Assembly (NCBI GenBank): GCA_036393165.1
Contig: DASVWO010000297.1
Location: forward strand, 510-64,509
DNA from: Polyangiaceae bacterium
Lineage (GTDB): Bacteria > Myxococcota_A > Polyangia > Polyangiales > Polyangiaceae
Length of the DNA: 64,000 nt
Reading direction: 5' to 3'
Below the pieces are notes generated by a model. That model did no database searches, was not told the DNA's origin, and saw only the letters and a list, made by a program, of their open reading frames with translations. This document shows positions 58,603 to 64,000 of this stretch, piece by piece; positions within the stretch are counted from its first letter, which is position 1, and each line of letters begins with the position of its first letter. The translations under genes were made by a program, and so were the position numbers.

Positions 58603-59883
58603 CTACAGACCGGCAGTGGAGACGGGGCCGGTGTCGACGACCTCGAAGTCGCTGCCGTGGACCTTGCCGAAATCGGTCGAGATCTGGCCCATCAGGTTCG
58701 TCCAGCCGTCGTCGCTGTCGCCGCTGATGAACCAGTTGCTCCCGTTGTCGGCGAGGATGATGCCGTACTGCTTCATCGCCGTCAGGATGACGAGCGACGG
58801 GCCGGTGAACGATGAGGTGTCGAAGCTCGCCTTGAGGCGCAGGCGCAGGCCCATCGGGGGCAGCGATGCGTTGCTCGAGCCGGCGGCGTGCGTCGCCGGG
58901 TGGATGTAGCCGTTGTACGAGCTGGCCATCGTGAAGCGGATCGCGTGGTTGATGGCGCCCGCGTTGACCTCCGCGACCTTCACGAGGCCGGGGAGCACGG
59001 GCAGCCCGGCGGCGTCGGCCGAGGTCCATCCGTCGGGGCGCAGGTTGTTCGAGGAGAGATCGAAGACGGCGCCTGACCCGCAGCTCCAGCCCGGATTGCT
59101 GTACGTGCTGTCCCAGGTCTCGTAGAGCTTGCAGCTGCCCGAATCGACGACGAGCACGTGCATGTCGCCGCCGGAGCCCGCGCCGCCCTCGACGAGCGCG
59201 TTGGCCGGGAACGGGTACGGCCCCGGATCGCTCTCGTCCGCGTACTGGAACGTCATGGGCACCATCGTCTGGCTGCCGGGGACGCTCTGATACGGGATGC
59301 CATAGTGGTCGCTCGACCAGTCGCCCCAGTCGGGATGCAGATGCGTCGTGGGCGCCATGTTGGCGATGTACGTCGCCGAGTTGGAGTTGAGCGGCAGGCT
59401 GTCGACGCGCGTGTTCCACGGGTTGTCGGCCGGGAAGAGCTGGCAGCCACCGATGGTCGGCAGGCTGCCTCCGCTGCTGCTCCCGCCGCTGCTGCTGCCG
59501 GAGCTCCCGCCGCTGCTGCCACCACTGCTTCCACCGCTGCTGCCGCCGCTGCCGCTCCCGCTGCCACTGCCGCTGGATCCGCCGCTGCCGCTGCCGCCGC
59601 CGCTCGAACCCCCGCTGCTGTTCGATCCGCCGCTGCTGCCGCTGCTCCCGCCGCTGTTGCTGCCGCCGGCGACGCCGCTGCTGCTGCCGCTGGCGCCCCC
59701 GCTGCCGCTGCTGCTGGTGCTCCCACCGGAGCTGCTGCCGCTCGAACCGCCGCTGCTGCCGGCGCCTCCTCCATCGTCCCCTGCTCCGAAGGGCGAGCCC
59801 TGGGTGCCCGTGGCGTCGGACGCACATGCACCGAGGAGCAACCCGGCGGCGGCAGTGACGGCGAAGACAGAAGCAGTTCGCAT
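58603..59883 (-). CDS. lipoprotein with ~110-aa Gly/Ser linker and a conserved-looking C-terminal globular domain of unknown function
   Basis: ORF 426 aa. MRTASVFAVTAAAGLLLGAC lipobox. C-terminal domain CQLFPADNPWNTRVD...HAIRFTM...YIHPATHAAG...YGIILADNGSNWFISG. Confidence 0.75.
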   Translation of the reverse strand: MRTASVFAVTAAAGLLLGACASDATGTQGSPFGAGDDGGGAGSSGGSSGSSSGGSTSSSGSGGASGSSSGVAGGSNSGGSSGSSGGSNSSGGSSGGGSGSGGSSGSGSGSGSGGSSGGSSGGSSGGSSGSSSGGSSSGGSLPTIGGCQLFPADNPWNTRVDSLPLNSNSATYIANMAPTTHLHPDWGDWSSDHYGIPYQSVPGSQTMVPMTFQYADESDPGPYPFPANALVEGGAGSGGDMHVLVVDSGSCKLYETWDSTYSNPGWSCGSGAVFDLSSNNLRPDGWTSADAAGLPVLPGLVKVAEVNAGAINHAIRFTMASSYNGYIHPATHAAGSSNASLPPMGLRLRLKASFDTSSFTGPSLVILTAMKQYGIILADNGSNWFISGDSDDGWTNLMGQISTDFGKVHGSDFEVVDTGPVSTAGL

Positions 59884-60041
59884 GACGTTCCTCCGGGCGG
59901 CCCCTACTTCAAGCCACGGACCAGCCCACCCGTCGCACCGCGCCCACGCGATTCCGCGCGGTTGCCCTCCACTGGACCCCTTCGACCCTGATCTCCCCGA
60001 TCACCCGCCGATCGACGCGATCAGCCTGGGCCGGCGTCGCA

Positions 60042-60611
60042 TCATGTGTGCACGACGACGCGCGCCCGCGGCTCTCCGAGCAGATCGCGCACCGCGGCGA
60101 CGAGCGCCGCCCCCTCACCGGCCCCCGCGTCGAGATGCAGCCGGACGTCCGAGGGGCCGCGCTGCTCCACGGTCACGTCAGCGACGCGTACCGCCAGATC
60201 CTCCTCGCCCAGCCCCCGCAGATAGCCGACGAGAGCCTCCACGAGCGACGTGGCTCCCGCGCCGGGAGGCTCGTCCCGATACGCGCCGTGCTCGGCGTGC
60301 ACCTGCGGCTCCCAGCGCAGCACGAGATCCGTGAGCGCCTCCCCCGGCCGGCTCGCGATCGTCGCCGACACCGCCGCGCAGATCGCATCGATGATCCCCG
60401 GCGCAGCACGCAGCGCTCCGAGCCTCTCCGCGTCCAGCGCGAGGATCACGTGATGCCCCTCGACCGGCCCGTGGCTCGACTCCCAGCGCGTCACCCCCGG
60501 CGTCATCGAGAGCGTCCCGTGCGCCAGCGCATCGCGCACGCGCACGTCGGCGTGCGCATCGAGTCCCTCGATGGTCGCCCGCCGCAGCTCCTCGGGCGTC
60601 CAGCCGCTCAC
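60042..60611 (-). CDS. hypothetical cytoplasmic protein, translationally coupled to the SPFH gene
   Basis: Last 189 codons of ORF 60042..61376. GTG start overlaps the SPFH stop (GTGA at 60608-60611). No TM, no motif recognised. Confidence 0.55.
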   Translation of the reverse strand: MSGWTPEELRRATIEGLDAHADVRVRDALAHGTLSMTPGVTRWESSHGPVEGHHVILALDAERLGALRAAPGIIDAICAAVSATIASRPGEALTDLVLRWEPQVHAEHGAYRDEPPGAGATSLVEALVGYLRGLGEEDLAVRVADVTVEQRGPSDVRLHLDAGAGEGAALVAAVRDLLGEPRARVVVHT

Positions 60612-61468
60612 TTGCGCATCTGGGCGTGCGCCGGCTGCTCTTGCTCCACGTCGTCCTCGCCCTTCACGCGCACGTTGCGCTGCTCGCCGCTCGCCATGGC
60701 GGCGGCCACGCCCGCGGCACCGTGCACGTCCGCGTAAGGCTTGGCCAGGTCGAAGATCACCTTGCTCGTCCCCTGCGACGAGAGGTTCTGCAGGGCCTCG
60801 AGCCGCCGCAGCTCCATGGCGCCGGGCGACTCGGACAGGATGCGCGCGGCCTCGGCGAAGTTCTTGGCGCTCTCGAGATCCGCCTGGCTCTTGATGATGA
60901 CGTACTGCCGATCGCGCTCGGCGATCGCCTTGCGCGCGATCACTTCCTGCATCTGCGGCGGGAGCTGGATGTCCTTGAGCGCGATGAGCTCGATGTGCAG
61001 GCCCCACTGCGCGACGAACTGCTCGACCGCGGCGCGCACCTTGGCCGCCACCTGCTCGCGGTGCGTGAGCAGCTCGTCCAGCCGGGTCTCGCCCGCCACG
61101 TCGCGCAGCACGACACGCGCGCGGTCCCACACGGCGGCTTCGAAGTTCTCGACGTTGAGCACCGCCTTCTGCGGGTCCACCACCTTGTAGTAGATGACCG
61201 CGTCGATCGAGGCCGTCACGTTGTCCTGCGTGATGACCTGCTGGTAAGGAAGGTCGCGGTTGCGGATGCGCGTGTCGATGCGCACGAGCCGCTGGAACCC
61301 CGGCAACACGAGCGTCAGCCCCGGCTCCACGCGCCCGGAGAGCTTGCCGAGCGTGAAGCGCAGCGCCGTCTCCCACTGGTTTATCTGGCGGATGGACCGA
61401 AGGAGGTAGATGCCCGCGACGATCGCCGCGGGAATACCGAAGACGATGGAGATCGGATCTGGCGGCAT
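60608..61468 (-). CDS. SPFH/Band-7 (stomatin/prohibitin-like) membrane protein
   Basis: Inner ATG of ORF 60608..61519, with GGAGGA upstream. TM anchor, then INQWETALRFTLGKL...PGFQRLVRIDTR...QVITQDNVTASIDAVIYYKV. Confidence 0.88.
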   Translation of the reverse strand: MPPDPISIVFGIPAAIVAGIYLLRSIRQINQWETALRFTLGKLSGRVEPGLTLVLPGFQRLVRIDTRIRNRDLPYQQVITQDNVTASIDAVIYYKVVDPQKAVLNVENFEAAVWDRARVVLRDVAGETRLDELLTHREQVAAKVRAAVEQFVAQWGLHIELIALKDIQLPPQMQEVIARKAIAERDRQYVIIKSQADLESAKNFAEAARILSESPGAMELRRLEALQNLSSQGTSKVIFDLAKPYADVHGAAGVAAAMASGEQRNVRVKGEDDVEQEQPAHAQMRK

Positions 61469-61493
61469 CTGGCTTCCTCCGAGCGTAGCCCCG

Positions 61494-62696
61494 TCAGAGG
61501 GTCTTTGCCTCAACCGCAATCACCGAGCCTTCGAGGGCCGCGATCTCGGCGATCGCCTCCGGCGTAGGCGTCTTGCTCAGTCGTATGGCGGCGACCGCCG
61601 TCCTGGCGCCCTGGAAGATCGTGTTGCTCATGTCCTCCACGTTGGCGCCATGGTTGCGCAGGATGCCGAGCACCGACGCGAGCACCCCCACCTTGTCGTA
61701 GTGGCGCACCACGAGCTGGCACTCCGCCGGCGCGTGCTCCTCGACGTTCACGACGTTGGGGACGCGCCCGGTCTGCAGGAACTCGCGGCAGATGCGCACC
61801 GTCTCGGCGGCGATCGCGTTCTGCGCCTGCTCGGTGCTCGCCCCGATGTGATGCGTGCCGGCGAAGACGCCGCCGGCCGACGCGATGGCCGGGCGGAACT
61901 CGGCCACGCCCTCGGCGGGCTCCGGGTCGAACACGTCGAGCCCCACGCGAATGCCCCTGCTGCTCATGGCCGCGGCGAGCGCAGCCTCGTCGACGATCCC
62001 GCCGCGACTCGTGTTGACGAAGATGGTCCCCGGCTTCATCCGCGCGAAGACGTCCGCGTTGAAGAGGCGCTTCGTCTCGACGGTCTGCGGCAGGTGCACG
62101 CTGATCACGTCGGCGCGCGAGACGAGCTCGTGCAAGGTGGCGCAGCGCTGGATGTGATGCGGCCGCGCCCCCTCCTCGTCGAAGGGGATCGACCACGCGA
62201 GCACGTGCATGTCGAAGGCGCGGGCCCTGCGCGCCACCTCCATCCCGATGCGCCCGAGACCGGCGAGACCGAGCGTGCGCCCCTTGAGGCCGTCGGCCTT
62301 GCCGTACTCCTTCTTGTTCCAGCGCCCGGCGCGCAGGTCGGCCGTCGCGTCGGCGATGCGTCGGTCCACGGCGAGGATGAGGCCCATCGCGAGCTCGGCG
62401 ACCGCCACGCTGTTCTTGCCCGGGCAGTTGCTCACGAAGATGCCGCGCTCGCTGGCCGCGACGACGTCGATCGTGTCGAATCCGGCTCCCGCACGGACGA
62501 TGAGCGCGAGGCGCGGAGCGCGCTCGATCGCCGCACGCGTCACCTTCTTGCTACGCACCACGAGGATGCCGGCGTCCCCGATGCGGGCCGGCAGCTCCTC
62601 GGCCGAGCACTTCGGATCGTGAGTCACCTCGAGCCCGAGAGCGCGCAGTTCGTCGACGCACTGGGGCGGCAAGTCGTCCGCGATGAAGAGCCGCAT
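61494..62696 (-). CDS. serA: D-3-phosphoglycerate dehydrogenase-type 2-hydroxyacid dehydrogenase with C-terminal ACT domain
   Basis: ORF 400 aa. GLAGLGRIGMEVARRA (NAD fold). C-terminal VVRHYDKVGVLASVLGILRNHGANVEDMSN (ACT-like). Confidence 0.8.
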   Translation of the reverse strand: MRLFIADDLPPQCVDELRALGLEVTHDPKCSAEELPARIGDAGILVVRSKKVTRAAIERAPRLALIVRAGAGFDTIDVVAASERGIFVSNCPGKNSVAVAELAMGLILAVDRRIADATADLRAGRWNKKEYGKADGLKGRTLGLAGLGRIGMEVARRARAFDMHVLAWSIPFDEEGARPHHIQRCATLHELVSRADVISVHLPQTVETKRLFNADVFARMKPGTIFVNTSRGGIVDEAALAAAMSSRGIRVGLDVFDPEPAEGVAEFRPAIASAGGVFAGTHHIGASTEQAQNAIAAETVRICREFLQTGRVPNVVNVEEHAPAECQLVVRHYDKVGVLASVLGILRNHGANVEDMSNTIFQGARTAVAAIRLSKTPTPEAIAEIAALEGSVIAVEAKTL

Positions 62697-62742
62697 GCCC
62701 CTACGCTACCGCGTTGGATCGAGAGTTGCTCGAAGCCCGGCC

Positions 62743-62976
62743 ATGGCACGAGGAAGCAAGTCCAAGTACACGAGCAAGCAGAAGCGCAAGGCGCACGACA
62801 TCGAGAAGGGCTACGAACGGCGTGGCGTGTCCACCCGCGAGGCCGCCCGGCGCGCTTACGCGACGGTGAACAAAGAGGAGGGGGGCGGCAAGAAGAGCGG
62901 CTCGGGCCGCGGCAAGACGCCCAAGCGTTCCTCGTCGCGCAAGGGCGCCAAGAAGAGCAGCTCGAAGAAGAAGTAG
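62743..62976 (+). CDS. small Lys/Ser/Gly-rich basic protein
   Basis: Inner ATG of ORF 62683..62976. MARGSKSKYTSKQKRKAHDIEKGYERRGVSTREAARRAYATVNKEE.... Confidence 0.55.
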   Translation: MARGSKSKYTSKQKRKAHDIEKGYERRGVSTREAARRAYATVNKEEGGGKKSGSGRGKTPKRSSSRKGAKKSSSKKK

Positions 62977-62997
62977 CGCTATGCTCGGCACGTCAGC

Positions 62998-63996
62998 GTG
63001 CCGCGCACCGCGTTCGTCACCGGAGGGACCGGGTTCCTCGGTCGCCACGTCGTCGAGCAGCTCGTCGGCGCCGGCTGGCACGTCGTCGCGCTTCATCGCG
63101 CGAGCTCCGACGTGCGCGGCCTGAAGACGTACGACGGCGTTCGCCTGGCGGAAGGATCGATCGTCGACCCCGGTTCCCTCGGGCGTGCGATGCCCGAGGG
63201 GTGCGACGCCGTCTTCCACATAGCCGGCAACACGAGCCTCTGGAGCGGCGGGAACGCCGAGCAGACGCGCGACAACGTGGACGGCACGCGCAACGTCGTC
63301 GAGGCGGCGATCGCGAAGGGCGCGAAGAAGCTCGTGCAGACGTCGACCCAGGGCTCCTGGGGCGAGGTGCACGAGAACCCCTTCGACGAGACGACGCAGC
63401 AGCGAGGGGGCGAGTCGTGGATCAACTACGAGCGCACGAAGTACCTTGGAGAGCTCGAGGTGCTGAAGGGCGTCGAGCGCGGCCTGCACGCGTCCATCCT
63501 CTGCCCCGGCCACATCATGGGCCGCTACGACACGCACAACTGGGCCACGGTCATCAAGCTCGTGGCGACCGAGAAGCTGCCAGGCGTGCCTCCCGGCGAG
63601 GGCACCTGGGGTGATGCGCGTGAGATCGCGAGGGCGCACCTGGCGGCCGTCGACACGGGGCGCGACGGTGAGCGCTACCTGCTCGGCGGCGTGCACGCGA
63701 GCTACCTGGATGTGGTGCAGATCATCGCGCGCCTGACGGGAAAGAAGGTGCCGCGCAAGGCGACGCCCGTCTGGGTGATTCGCGTCCTCGGACGCGTGTC
63801 GCAGTGGGGTTCGTACTTCACGCGGAAGGCGCCGACGATCACGCCCGAGATCGCCGCCGCCACGGCTCGCCCCCCCCTCCTCTTCAAGAGCGACAAGGCG
63901 ATCCGCGAGCTCGGCTACCGGGTTGTCCCTCTCGAAGAGACCCTCCGCGACGCTTACGAGTGGTTGAAGAGCGAGAAGCTCGTCCCCGTCGCCTGA
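62998..63996 (+). CDS. NAD(P)-dependent epimerase/dehydratase (extended SDR family)
   Basis: ORF 332 aa. AFVTGGTGFLGRHVVEQL (Rossmann fold). YERTKYLGE (YxxxK). Confidence 0.85.
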   Translation: MPRTAFVTGGTGFLGRHVVEQLVGAGWHVVALHRASSDVRGLKTYDGVRLAEGSIVDPGSLGRAMPEGCDAVFHIAGNTSLWSGGNAEQTRDNVDGTRNVVEAAIAKGAKKLVQTSTQGSWGEVHENPFDETTQQRGGESWINYERTKYLGELEVLKGVERGLHASILCPGHIMGRYDTHNWATVIKLVATEKLPGVPPGEGTWGDAREIARAHLAAVDTGRDGERYLLGGVHASYLDVVQIIARLTGKKVPRKATPVWVIRVLGRVSQWGSYFTRKAPTITPEIAAATARPPLLFKSDKAIRELGYRVVPLEETLRDAYEWLKSEKLVPVA

Positions 63997-64000
63997 TTCA

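Overview
This is a 64-kb, very GC-rich (about 70%) chromosomal segment. Gene content suggests Myxococcota, which is an inference: a MYXO-CTERM-like tail, many Cys-lipobox lipoproteins with Gly/Ser or Pro/Thr linkers, a eukaryotic-like Ser/Thr kinase, an FHA-sigma54 activator and an RCC1 propeller. All family calls come from motif recognition in the translations, since no database search was possible. I support about 58 protein-coding genes. Most supplied ORFs are GC-driven shadow ORFs, either antisense or out of frame to the real genes. I found no rRNA, tRNA, CRISPR array, transposase or integrase. Main blocks: (1) a minus-strand string 7303->1450 (RpoD-family sigma factor, orphan Mod-like DNA methyltransferase, hemerythrin, fused membrane/spermidine-synthase-like protein, small lipoprotein); (2) an acyl-CoA ligase and Ntn (penicillin/AHL) acylase pair; (3) a signalling cluster with a Ser/Thr kinase divergent from RCC1 lipoprotein, PEGA-like membrane protein and FHA-sigma54 activator; (4) a LytS/LytTR-type two-component system plus DUF2723 protein, divergent from a five-gene efflux operon (OMF, MdtA, MdtB, MdtC, extra EmrA-like HlyD) chained by 4-nt overlaps; (5) a small cassette of two convergent four-helix-bundle (Avd / 23S-IVS family) genes, one frameshifted, bracketed by GGGGTC-type hexamer tracts; (6) the most accessory-looking stretch (44.7-48.4 kb), holding a secretin gene cut off after its N-terminal domains, a 460-bp lower-GC non-coding island packed with TGGCGCA and CACGATG motifs, an Xre-like regulator, and a small ORF directly upstream of a cytochrome P450; (7) a minus-strand string of ABC-2 exporter, an extremely Cys-rich repeat lipoprotein, TrmH methyltransferase, VOC protein and phosphofructokinase. 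I cannot show that a complete novel system is present. The best candidates for follow-up are the motif island beside the truncated secretin, the Avd-like cassette with its RBS-sequestering hairpin, the Cys-rich repeat lipoprotein coupled to an exporter, and the small-ORF/P450 pair.
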